In this document: positions 37,419-46,029 of the stretch, piece after piece
How the letters are laid out: each line of letters begins with the position of its first letter
Position numbering within the stretch: position 1 is the stretch's first letter
Assembly (NCBI GenBank): GCA_026991575.1
Contig: JALXBF010000135.1
Coordinates: 1-46,029 of the forward strand
Direction: 5' to 3'
Source: Planctomycetota bacterium
GTDB lineage: Bacteria; Planctomycetota; Planctomycetia; JALXBF01
DNA length: 46,029 nucleotides
Notes under the pieces: generated by a model
What the model was told of the DNA's origin: nothing
Databases searched by the model: none
Seen by the model: the letters and a program-made list of their open reading frames with translations, nothing else
Made by a program: the position numbers and the translations under genes

Positions 37419-38999
37419 ATGCTTCGCCACCTCTGGACACTCGTCCTCGCCTTCAGCGTCGTGCTGATCGGCCACCGGATCAGTTACGGAGCCTGGCAGC
37501 CCGCTCGTTCTGCAGCGCAGAGCTGGACGACAGTCGGGCCGATGCTCCTTGCCGCAGCAGACGAAGGCAGTTCGCATCAGGAAGGACACGGTGGGGAAGA
37601 GGCCGGTTCGGAGGAAGGCGGCCACGGCGGGGCGCACGGCGCGCTGTTGGAGTTGGGAGTCAAGTTACCCGAGTGGACCATCCTGCCTTTTCTGGGACTA
37701 CTGCTGGCCATCGCGATCCTGCCGCTGGTCGCAGAGCACTGGTGGGAAAACAACCTGAACCGGGCCATCGTGTCGGCCGCGTTCGGCGTTCCGGTGGCGA
37801 TCTACCTGCTGGCCGTTTGGGGACACGTCGGCTGGGAGGCACTGGTTGAGAAGGGAATCGAGTATGTCTCGTTCATCGCCCTGCTGGCGGTCTTGTTCGT
37901 TATCACCGGCGGCATCGTCGTGGAAGGCTCCCTGTCCGGAACGCCGCTGGTCAACACGATCATGCTGGCCATTGGCGGCGTGCTGGCGAACCTGATCGGA
38001 ACCACCGGAGCCGCCATGTTGATGATTCGGCCCATCTTGAAAGCCAACGTCGCTCGGACGCGCAAGGTGCATATCGTCATCTTCCTGATCTTCATCTGCG
38101 CGAACTGCGGTGGGTTACTGACGCCGCTGGCCGATCCGCCTCTGTTCCTGGGATTCATCAACGGCGTGCCGTTCGAGTGGACGTTGCGGTTGGTCCGCGA
38201 ATGGCTGTTTGTGAACGGGCTGCTGTTGTTGATCTTCAATATCTGGGACCAGTGGGCGCTGTCGAAAGAGGAAGCCGAACGTCCCGGCGCACAGCTTGAA
38301 CAGGTGCTCGAACACGCGCCGCTCCGGCTGCGCGGCTGGCACAACATCTTCTACTTGATCGGGGTGGTGGCCGCGATCCTGGCCTCCGGCAAAGGTGTTG
38401 GCACGGGTGGTGAGGTCTGGCCGTTCGGCTACCGCGAACTGGTCTTCCTGGTCCTCGGCCTGCTGGCCTGGTTCACGACGCCCGCACGCAACCGAGAAGC
38501 CAACGACTTCACGTTCCATCCGATCATCGAAGTGGCCGTGCTGTTCGCCGGCATCTTCGTCTGCATGGCACCAGCGCTTCTGATCCTCAACGCGTGGGGA
38601 CAGGGCTTGCGCACCGTGTTCGGGATTCCGTTTGGGCTGAGCGAGCCGTGGCACTTTTTCTGGGCAACCGGGATTCTGTCCGCGTTCCTGGACAACGCCC
38701 CCACCTACCTGACGTTTGCGGCGACGGCCTGCGGTCTGGAAAACATCAGTCTGCAAGGACAATACCTGGCGGTGCTCATCGAGCAGAGCAGCTACGGCGA
38801 AAAGCTGCTGGAGGCGATTTCGTGCGGGGCCGTCTTCATGGGCGCGCTGACCTACATTGGCAACGCACCGAACTTCATGGTCCGGTCGATTGCGGCCGAA
38901 GCCGGCGTGCCCATGCCCACCTTCTTCGGGTACATGGCCTATTCGGTCACGATCCTCGTGCCGATCTTCGCCTTGGTAACGTACCTGTTCCTGCTGTGA
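37419..38999 (+). CDS. Putative sodium:proton antiporter (ion transporter superfamily)
   Basis: Many TM helices; IGTTGAAM, NCGGLLTPLADPPLFLGF, LSAFLDNAPTY and GALTYIGNAPNFMV. Confidence 0.9.
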   Translation: MLRHLWTLVLAFSVVLIGHRISYGAWQPARSAAQSWTTVGPMLLAAADEGSSHQEGHGGEEAGSEEGGHGGAHGALLELGVKLPEWTILPFLGLLLAIAILPLVAEHWWENNLNRAIVSAAFGVPVAIYLLAVWGHVGWEALVEKGIEYVSFIALLAVLFVITGGIVVEGSLSGTPLVNTIMLAIGGVLANLIGTTGAAMLMIRPILKANVARTRKVHIVIFLIFICANCGGLLTPLADPPLFLGFINGVPFEWTLRLVREWLFVNGLLLLIFNIWDQWALSKEEAERPGAQLEQVLEHAPLRLRGWHNIFYLIGVVAAILASGKGVGTGGEVWPFGYRELVFLVLGLLAWFTTPARNREANDFTFHPIIEVAVLFAGIFVCMAPALLILNAWGQGLRTVFGIPFGLSEPWHFFWATGILSAFLDNAPTYLTFAATACGLENISLQGQYLAVLIEQSSYGEKLLEAISCGAVFMGALTYIGNAPNFMVRSIAAEAGVPMPTFFGYMAYSVTILVPIFALVTYLFLL

Positions 39000-39156
39000 T
39001 AGCGCAGCCGCACGTCGCAGCCAGTCACGCACGCCGGCTGTAAGCAACCTGGAGGAACGGATGGGGGCCGGTGCGGGCAGCCTCTGGCCGTAGAATGGCC
39101 TGGAACAGAAGGCGGTGCAATTCGACCGAGAGTGCAGACGGTTACGAGGGAACTCG

Positions 39157-39813
39157 ATGGCTAACGAACCGGTCGCTTCTTCGGAACCCGCCTGTGACTC
39201 GGCAGTTCAGCCGGCGCGCAAGAACGTGTTCCGGCGTCTGTATGACTGGGTGCTGCGGTGGGCTGATAGCCGCTACGGCACGGCAGCGCTGGCCGCGGTG
39301 GCATTTGCAGAGAGTAGCTTCTTCCCAATCCCGCCCGATCCGTTGCAGATTGCTCTGTCGGTGGGCCGACCGCGGCGATCGCTCTGGTTTGCGACCGTTG
39401 CGACGGTCTGCTCCGTGGCCGGCGGCATCGTCGGTTGGCTGATCGGCATGTGGTTCTGGCACGCAACCAGCAGCTTTTTCTTCCGGTATGTTCCCGGCTT
39501 CACACACGAGAACTTCGAGTTTGTTCAGCTGAAGTACCAGGAGAATGCGTTCCTGACCATTCTGGCTGCCGCGTTCACGCCGATTCCGTACAAGGTCTTC
39601 ACGATTGCATCGGGCGTCTTCGAGGTCGCACTGACGACGCTCGTGGTTGCTTCTGTTCTGGGCCGAGGAGCCCGTTTCTTCCTGGTGGGCAGCTTGCTGT
39701 ACTGGTTTGGGCCGCGAGTCCAGAAGCTGCTGGAGCAGTACCTCGAGCTGGCTGCGGTGACGCTGTTTGTGCTGCTGGTCGCCGCGTTCTTCGCGATCAA
39801 ATGGCTGCTGTAA
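39157..39813 (+). CDS. DedA/YqaA (VTT domain) membrane protein
   Basis: AFAESSFFPIPPD, FTPIPYKVFTIASG and GRGARFF. Confidence 0.93.
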   Translation: MANEPVASSEPACDSAVQPARKNVFRRLYDWVLRWADSRYGTAALAAVAFAESSFFPIPPDPLQIALSVGRPRRSLWFATVATVCSVAGGIVGWLIGMWFWHATSSFFFRYVPGFTHENFEFVQLKYQENAFLTILAAAFTPIPYKVFTIASGVFEVALTTLVVASVLGRGARFFLVGSLLYWFGPRVQKLLEQYLELAAVTLFVLLVAAFFAIKWLL

Positions 39814-40037
39814 CCGCGGGCATCTCGGCGGACGTACCGGCCGCCGCGTAGCCTCTTCTGCCCCTGCCCCCTTTCTAACTTCGGACCGTTGAGTTTCCGC
39901 CTGTTCGAGGACGATCGGCCGCACCGAGTTTCTCTGCGACCAGGACGGTCTGGCATACATACCAGCTGATCGGGTGGCGGCTGCCGGGCACGGGCGTGCG
40001 GTGGATCGGGGAGATAGCACCGGCGAGGCGTTCTCCC

Positions 40038-40067
40038 TTCACGGACCGGGCGGTCAACCGGTATCAT
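40038..40067 (+). promoter_or_regulatory. Candidate sigma70 promoter
   Basis: TTCACG-N18-TATCAT upstream of a hairpin-rich tract. Confidence 0.4.
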
Positions 40068-40073
40068 GGATAA

Positions 40074-40245
40074 GGAATGACGGTGGTAGCTCTCGGGGAG
40101 CTGCCACAACGAACCGTGGTGGACAACAGCTTGCGGCTTAGGGGCAGGCTGTTCGTCCAGCGGGTCATGCCAAGCAATCCGCTCGCGGAATCCTGGTTTA
40201 ACGGGTTCCCGAAATGGTTTCCGTGCTGGCAGCTTTTTGCCTTTT
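40074..40245 (+). ncRNA. Candidate structured RNA (unassigned)
   Basis: Hairpins at 40083-40107, 40121-40158 and 40187-40209; ATGAC/GTCAT closing helix; GGCA..TGCC-TTTT end. Confidence 0.3.
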
Positions 40246-40484
40246 GTGCCTGGTGGCCATGGGCCTGGTGACGGAATTTGGTGGTCCCGTGCTGCTGCGG
40301 GAAGGCGGCGACCGCCTGCCGCCTGGCACGACGGCAGCAGTCGGGTGGTTCGTCGTCAGGCCGGTGGATCCGCTCACGTTTCGGACAGTGGGACAGTTGC
40401 CTGACGCGGCAGTCCCTCGCGCGAGGGACTTCTGCACAGGTCGGCGGTTGACAGAGGGCCGCGGTTGCGGTCTATTCCGCGCGC

Positions 40485-40630
40485 AGGCGTGTGCGCGCAG
40501 TCCAGGCAATTCCTGACCCGTTGAACGAACAGCTCTGCTGATGCCTGTCCGACCGAGCTTTGAGGCTCGGACCGGTTAGGGTTCCTGCCCCGAGCCGCAC
40601 GGGAATGGTCGTGCTAACCGCCGAAAGGCG
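40485..40630 (+). ncRNA. Possible 6S RNA-like rod or structured rny leader
   Basis: TTGACA at 40448; CAGGCAATTCCTGACCCG pairs with CGGTTAGGGTTCCTG; apical CCGAGC/GCTCGG stem; lies directly upstream of rny. Confidence 0.35.
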
Positions 40631-40642
40631 AGGGGTGGAACC

Positions 40643-42193
40643 GTGGATCCGGTTACGGGAGCAATCGGTGTTCTGTTAGGAACCGGTGTCGGGTTCGGCA
40701 CCGCACGCCTGCTTGAGTACCTGCGCATCACAGCTGCCCGCCGTCGCGCTGAGGAAATCCTGGCCGATGCGCGGAAGGAAGCGGACAACGTGTTGAAGGA
40801 GGCTGAATTTGCCCGTCGCGAGCAGGAGTATCGGCTGAGGGAGGAGCTGCAGCGGCGACGGGAGGAGCTGGAGCGTGAGTTCCGGCAGCGCGAAGCAACG
40901 CTAGCCAAACGGGAACGCGCCTTGCAAGAGCAGCGGACCGTGGTGGCCAAGAAGGAGGCCACGGTCGAAGCCACTCAGCGACAACTCAACGAGCAGATTC
41001 GCCGCTACGAGCAGCAGAACAAGGCACTGCAGGAGACGCTCGACGCGCAGCGTGAGGCGCTGGAACGGATCACCGGCCTGAAGGCCGAAGAGGCGAAGAA
41101 GTTGCTGTTCGAGCGGCTTGAGGCCGATCTGGCTCAGGAGATCGGCGAGAAGATCCGCAAGTTCGAGCTAGAACTGCGCGACCGCTGCGATGCCAAAGCA
41201 CGCGAGATCCTGGCGACCACCATCCAACGCTACGCCGCCCAGTATACCAACGAGGTAACCACCTGCGTGGTCGATCTGCCCAATGACGAAATGAAAGGGC
41301 GGATCATCGGACGTGAGGGCCGCAACATCCGCACCTTCGAACGGATCACGGGGGTGGATGTGATCGTGGACGACACGCCGGGCATCGTGGTACTCAGTAG
41401 TTTCGATCCAGTTCGCCGCGAGATTGCCCGTCTGGCCATGGAGCGGTTGGTTCAGGACGGTCGGATCCATCCGGCCCGAATTGAGGAGGTCGTTAGTGAG
41501 ACGGAGGCGGAATTCGATCGCTATGTGCGACGGATCGGCCGCGAAGCAGCCGACGAGGCCGGTGTGGTCGGGCTGCACGAGAAGCTGATTGAGCTTTTGG
41601 GCAAGCTGAAATTCCGCACCAGCTACAGCCAGAACGTGCTGCGGCACAGCGTGGAAGTGGCGCATCTGGCGGGACTAATGGCCGAGGAACTCGGCTTGGA
41701 CGCCGCCCTGGCTCGTCGCTGTGGCCTGCTGCATGACATCGGCAAGGCAGCGGACCACGAGATGGAGGGTGGCCATCCGCAGATCGGTGCCGAAATCGTG
41801 CGCCGCTACAAGGAACCGCCCGAGGTGATCCATGCCTGTGCCGGCCACCATGATGACGTCCGTGCGGACAGGATCTACACCGTGTTGGTGGCTGCCGCCG
41901 ATGCGATCAGCGCATCACGCCCCGGCGCGCGGCGCGAAACGCTCGAAAAGTACCTCCGCCGACTGGAGGAACTCGAGGAGCTGGCACGTAGCTTCCCGGG
42001 CGTTGAACAGGCGTACGCGATCCAGGCCGGTCGCGAAGTACGGATCATCGTCGATCCAGGCAAGATCAACGACCGCTTGGCCGCCAAGCTCAGCCGGGAT
42101 GTAGCCAGGGCAATTGAGCGAAACATGACGTTCCCCGGCGAGATCAAGGTGACGGTCATCCGAGAGACCCGTGCCGTGGAGTACGCCCGCTGA
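40643..42193 (+). CDS. rny: Ribonuclease Y
   Basis: N-terminal TM anchor, coiled coil, KH domain ([14 protein letters not shown]), HD domain (LLHDIGK), [12 protein letters not shown] and AIQAGRE. Confidence 0.98.
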   Translation: MDPVTGAIGVLLGTGVGFGTARLLEYLRITAARRRAEEILADARKEADNVLKEAEFARREQEYRLREELQRRREELEREFRQREATLAKRERALQEQRTVVAKKEATVEATQRQLNEQIRRYEQQNKALQETLDAQREALERITGLKAEEAKKLLFERLEADLAQEIGEKIRKFELELRDRCDAKAREILATTIQRYAAQYTNEVTTCVVDLPNDEMKGRIIGREGRNIRTFERITGVDVIVDDTPGIVVLSSFDPVRREIARLAMERLVQDGRIHPARIEEVVSETEAEFDRYVRRIGREAADEAGVVGLHEKLIELLGKLKFRTSYSQNVLRHSVEVAHLAGLMAEELGLDAALARRCGLLHDIGKAADHEMEGGHPQIGAEIVRRYKEPPEVIHACAGHHDDVRADRIYTVLVAAADAISASRPGARRETLEKYLRRLEELEELARSFPGVEQAYAIQAGREVRIIVDPGKINDRLAAKLSRDVARAIERNMTFPGEIKVTVIRETRAVEYAR

Positions 42194-42358
42194 GCCGGAT
42201 GGGCCCGGGGAACAGTCGACGGGCTCCCGCCTGTTGTGCGGGCGGCTTGCTCCCGCAGGCGGGTCGGGGCCATGGCATGCCGAAACCCGCCCAGTGCGGC
42301 GGCCGTGCCGCGATATACTTTGGTGTTCTTCGACTCTGGTGCCTGGATCCAGCTGACG

Positions 42359-43180
42359 ATGGTCGTACGTATCCTCTTTATCGGCGATGTGGTCGGTAAA
42401 CCGGGGCGGCGCATGGTCGCGCGCACGGTTCCGCGCCTGGTCGCTCACCGCGGCATCGACCTGGTGATCGCCAACGCGGAGAACGCGGCAGGGGGCAGTG
42501 GCATCACGGCCTCGTGTTATGAGGAGATGGTCGGCGCCGGCGTCCACCTCTTCACCATGGGCGACCACGTCTACCGCAAGCGGGACATTTACCAGCTGTT
42601 CAAGGAAACGGACCGGATTGTGCGTCCGGCGAACTACCCCGACGAGGCCCCCGGGCCGGTCTTCGCCACGGCAACGACCAAGTCCGGGGCCACGGTCGGA
42701 GTCTTCACCGTACTCGGCCGGCTGTTCATGCGACCGGTCGACTGCCCCTTCCGGGCAATCGACCGAATGCTGGAGCGCTACGGCGACCGGGCACAGCTCA
42801 TCGTGGTGGACATCCACGCGGAAGCCACCAGTGACAAGCAGCTTATCGGCCACTACCTCGACGGCCGCGTCGCCGCAGCACTCGGTACGCACACTCACGT
42901 CCCCACGGCCGATGCCCAGCTCTTGCCCGGCGGTACCGCGTACATGACGGACGTGGGCATGACCGGTCCGTACAACTCGATCATCGGCCGCCGTATTGAT
43001 GCTGTCCTGCATACTGCCATCACGTTCGAACCCCGCTACTTCGAAGTCGCCACCGGTGATCCTCGGCTCTGCGGCGCTATCGTCGAAGCGGATACGAGCA
43101 CCGGGCTGGCGAAACGAATCGAGCCGATCGTCGTGCGCGAGCGTGACCTGGCCGTGCTGCCCCCCCCTGGCCAGTCGTAA
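42359..43180 (+). CDS. ymdB: YmdB/TIGR00282 metallophosphoesterase
   Basis: ILFIGDVVGKPGR, NAENAAGG.GIT, DIHAEATSDK, GTHTHVPTAD and TDVGMTGPY. Typical rny-ymdB synteny. Confidence 0.95.
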   Translation: MVVRILFIGDVVGKPGRRMVARTVPRLVAHRGIDLVIANAENAAGGSGITASCYEEMVGAGVHLFTMGDHVYRKRDIYQLFKETDRIVRPANYPDEAPGPVFATATTKSGATVGVFTVLGRLFMRPVDCPFRAIDRMLERYGDRAQLIVVDIHAEATSDKQLIGHYLDGRVAAALGTHTHVPTADAQLLPGGTAYMTDVGMTGPYNSIIGRRIDAVLHTAITFEPRYFEVATGDPRLCGAIVEADTSTGLAKRIEPIVVRERDLAVLPPPGQS

Positions 43181-43225
43181 CAATCAACCGCACCGCACCC
43201 CCTCCTGCTGCCGTCGAAGCCACGG

Positions 43226-43264
43226 GCGCAGGAGCAGCGGCAGCCTTCGCTGCTTCTCTTGCGC
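43226..43264. terminator. Imperfect hairpin between convergent ymdB and metE
   Basis: GCGCAGGAG-CAGCG...CGCTG-CTTCTCTTGCGC; no clear U tract. Confidence 0.3.
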
Positions 43265-43378
43265 GTCGTTGCTTGCTCCGCACAAGAGAGCCCCGGCAGC
43301 ACCATGCGAGCGCGCAGGAAAAACCGGACGGCGGCCGCCGCCCGGTGCCACGGCCATCGGAAACAGCGCCGGGTGGCA

Positions 43379-45694
43379 CTAACGTGTCACGGTCAGTCCT
43401 TCGCGCACGCGGCGTGCTGCCTGAACCATGTTCCGCAGCGACGGCTTCACCTCCTCCCAGCGCCGCGTCTTCAAGCCGCAATCGGGGTTGACCCAGAGCT
43501 GCTCGGCTGCCAGCACCTCCAGCGCCTTGCGAATTAGCTCCTCCATCTCCTCCACACTGGGCACCCGGGGCGAGTGGATGTCGTAAACACCCGGCCCGAT
43601 CTCGTTCGGGTACTTGAAGTCCTTGAACGCTTGCAGCAGCTCCATCTGCGACCGCGACGCTTCGATGGAGACAACGTCCGCATCCATAGCCGCAATGGCA
43701 TCGATGATGTCGTTGAATTCCGAGTAACACATGTGCGTGTGGATCTGCGTCTCGTCGCGCACTGGCGAGCTGGCCAGACGGAAGCAGAACACCGCCCAGT
43801 CCAGGTAACTCTGCCATTCGCTACGACGCAGCGGCAGGCCCTCACGCAGCGCCGGCTCGTCGATCTGGATCACCCGAATCCCCTCTCGCTCCAACTCCGC
43901 CACCTCATCGCGAATCGCCAGCGCGATCTGCTTGCACGTCTCCGACCTGGGCTGGTCGTCACGTACGAAGGACCACTGCAGGATCGTCACCGGGCCCGTG
44001 AGCATGCCCTTTACGGGCCGCTCGGTTAGCGACTGCGCATAGGTGATCCATTCGACGGTCATCGCCTGAGGACGACTAACGTCGCCGTAGATGATCGGGG
44101 GCTTGACACAGCGGGATCCGTAGCTCTGGACCCAACCGTTTCGCGTGATAGCAAACCCGGCAAGCTGTTCGCCGAAATACTCGACCATATCATTGCGTTC
44201 GAACTCGCCATGCACGAGCACGTCCAGTCCGATCTCTTCCTGGAACCGGACACACTCGGCGATCTGTTGCCGCATGAACTGCTTGTACGATGTCTCGTCC
44301 CGCTTGCCCGACCGGTACTCGGCCCGAACCTTGCGGACCTCAGGAGTCTGAGGGAAGGAGCCGATGGTGGTCGTCGGAAGAAGCGGCAGGTGAAGGTGCT
44401 GCTGTTGCTTGGGTCGCCGCTCGGCATACGGGCTGTTTCGGCGGGCCATGTCGTCAGTGATCGACGCAACGCGCCGCTTCACCTCCGGGTTGTGGATCCT
44501 CGGCGACACGCGCCGCTGCTGGGCCGCTGCCTGGCTGGCCGCCAGCTCTTCGGCCACCGCGCTTCGTCCATCGTTGAGCGCCTTCGTCAACACAACAATC
44601 TCGTGCAGCTTCTGTTTGGCAAACGCCAGCCACTGGCGCAGCTCTGCGTCCAACTCCGTTTCATTGTCCAGATCCACAGGCACGTGAAGTAGCGAGCAGC
44701 TGGGCGCGATCATCAGGCGGTCATTGCCCAACCTGTCGGCCGCTCGCTCGGCCAGTTCCAGCAACTGCTCCAGGTCCGAGCGCCACACGTTGCGGCCATC
44801 CACCAGGCCGAGCGAAAGCGTCATGTGGCCTGGCAGCCGATGGAGCACATCCTCAAACTGCCCGCGTCCCCGCACCAAATCGACGTGCAGCCCTGCCACC
44901 GGCAGACGCACCACCGTGTCCAGGTTGTCGCGGAGTTCCCCGAAGTAGGTGGTGAGCAGGATCTTCAGATTGGCGGCCCGGACCAATCGCTCGTAGGTCG
45001 GTGCGTACAGAGCCCGGACGTCCTCGTCGAGGTCCAGCACGAGGCACGGCTCATCGAGCTGGACCCACTCAGCTCCGGCCTGAGCCAACGCGACAAGCAC
45101 TTCCTCATAGACGGCGGTCACCGCCTGCAGCGCCTGGATCGGTCGGTACCCCTCCGTGCGGCTCTTGCCCAGCAGCAACAGCGACACGGGGCCGAGCAGC
45201 ACGGGGCGAGCGGTGAGCCCGGCGGCACGGGCCGCTTGGAACTCATCGAGCACTTTCCGGTTCGCCCATCGGAACGAACTCTCCGGCTCGAACTCCGGCA
45301 CAATGTAGTGGTAGTTCGTGTCGAACCACTTCGTCATCTCCATGGCCGCCAGCGCGGGGATCGATCCGTCGGGCGAGCCGGCCGTGCCCCGTGCCATGGC
45401 AAAATACGTATCCAGGCTATCCGCCTCGCCCACCACTCGGTAACGCTGCGGGACAGCATCGATCATGCAGGCCGCGTCCAGCACGTGGTCATAGAGGCAG
45501 AAGTCGTTGCATGGGATCTGGTCCAGGCCGGCGTCGCGCTGCAACTGCCAGTTCTGGGCCCGCACCTCACGGGCAACGCTCAGCAGCTCCTCGGCTGTCC
45601 GTTTCCCTGCCCAGTAACCTTCCAGCGCACGCTTCAGCTCGCGTCGCGGCCCGATACGCGGAAACCCCAGGTTCGTTGCTAGTGCCATCGTCAT
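43379..45694 (-). CDS. metE: Cobalamin-independent methionine synthase
   Basis: [58 protein letters not shown] and [11 protein letters not shown]. Start 45694 or 45688. Confidence 0.98.
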   Translation of the reverse strand: MTMALATNLGFPRIGPRRELKRALEGYWAGKRTAEELLSVAREVRAQNWQLQRDAGLDQIPCNDFCLYDHVLDAACMIDAVPQRYRVVGEADSLDTYFAMARGTAGSPDGSIPALAAMEMTKWFDTNYHYIVPEFEPESSFRWANRKVLDEFQAARAAGLTARPVLLGPVSLLLLGKSRTEGYRPIQALQAVTAVYEEVLVALAQAGAEWVQLDEPCLVLDLDEDVRALYAPTYERLVRAANLKILLTTYFGELRDNLDTVVRLPVAGLHVDLVRGRGQFEDVLHRLPGHMTLSLGLVDGRNVWRSDLEQLLELAERAADRLGNDRLMIAPSCSLLHVPVDLDNETELDAELRQWLAFAKQKLHEIVVLTKALNDGRSAVAEELAASQAAAQQRRVSPRIHNPEVKRRVASITDDMARRNSPYAERRPKQQQHLHLPLLPTTTIGSFPQTPEVRKVRAEYRSGKRDETSYKQFMRQQIAECVRFQEEIGLDVLVHGEFERNDMVEYFGEQLAGFAITRNGWVQSYGSRCVKPPIIYGDVSRPQAMTVEWITYAQSLTERPVKGMLTGPVTILQWSFVRDDQPRSETCKQIALAIRDEVAELEREGIRVIQIDEPALREGLPLRRSEWQSYLDWAVFCFRLASSPVRDETQIHTHMCYSEFNDIIDAIAAMDADVVSIEASRSQMELLQAFKDFKYPNEIGPGVYDIHSPRVPSVEEMEELIRKALEVLAAEQLWVNPDCGLKTRRWEEVKPSLRNMVQAARRVREGLTVTR

Positions 45695-45835
45695 CTCACT
45701 CCTGGTACCGTCGCGCTCTGTCAGCCTTGCCCCGTGGGTAGCCCATTGTAGTGGGCTGCGCGCGCAGCATCGGGACAGCTACCCACCCCCAGGCACGTAG
45801 CTCCCGGTGCCTCGGCCAGTCCCGCTGTGGCCAGA

Positions 45836-46027
45836 TTAGCGAGAGGCCTCTTCGTCGGACCGGTCGTTCCGTTGTTGCGGTGGGGGGCCTTCTACCACGG
45901 CGGCCTTCAGTGTTTCGACCGGCACCTGAGACCAGGCGTACGGAAGCGGCCCCCAGACATTGCTGTAGTAGCCGGCACCGGCCTGTTTGCTCATCATCCT
46001 CAGCGGGGCATTGCCCCATTGGTACTC
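45836..46027 (-). CDS. 3' end of an upstream gene running off the window (function unknown)
   Basis: Open frame EYQWGNAPLRMMSKQAGAGYYSNVWGPLPYAWSQVPVETLKAAVVEG...EEASR-TAA with GC-rich third positions. Confidence 0.6.
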   Translation of the reverse strand, partial: EYQWGNAPLRMMSKQAGAGYYSNVWGPLPYAWSQVPVETLKAAVVEGPPPQQRNDRSDEEASR

Positions 46028-46029
46028 CT

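Noticed and set aside
36996..37637. N-terminal 214 aa of the 534-aa track ORF
   Set aside because: Not protein-like, overlaps the divergent antiporter gene, and a good RBS supports the start at 36995.
45840..45960. Cobalamin riboswitch upstream of metE
   Set aside because: The region appears to be coding, and the AGGGAA, GCCCCCGC and GCCACTG B12-element motifs are not present in order.
45696..46019. 107-aa ORF with AGGAG upstream of metE as a leader peptide
   Set aside because: An alternative frame ending at 45836 has more gene-like codon usage and composition.

Overview
High-GC bacterial chromosome segment, almost certainly Planctomycetota (DUF1559 prepilin-type/H-X9-DG protein, PVC-type heme-binding protein, long-loop TatC). 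The right two thirds (~17.2-46 kb) is dense core-type genome: DUF1559, a BlaI/M56 peptidase/tyrosine-phosphatase module, a 1538-aa PVC-type cupredoxin-cytochrome c protein, DAHP synthase, YqgE, CstA, TatC, a membrane pyrophosphatase, a GltP-type symporter, a phosphotriesterase-family protein, a cation:proton antiporter, DedA/YqaA, rny-ymdB and metE. The left third (1-17.2 kb) is a gene-poor accessory zone interrupted by thrS and tRNA-Val(GAC). It holds two directly repeated ~2.8-kb cassettes, each with a stand-alone WD40 gene built from near-identical 126-bp units whose differences concentrate at a few binding-face codons. It also holds a similarly built 93-bp HEAT-repeat gene, an orphan lipoprotein, two IS remnants and decayed genes. 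The best candidate for an undescribed system is this set of homogenised but hypervariable repeat-protein genes, a possible diversifying binder repertoire. Other leads are an AEP-like membrane protein, structured non-coding RNAs upstream of rny, and the BlaI/M56/phosphatase module. All identity statements are by eye; no computation or database search was run.
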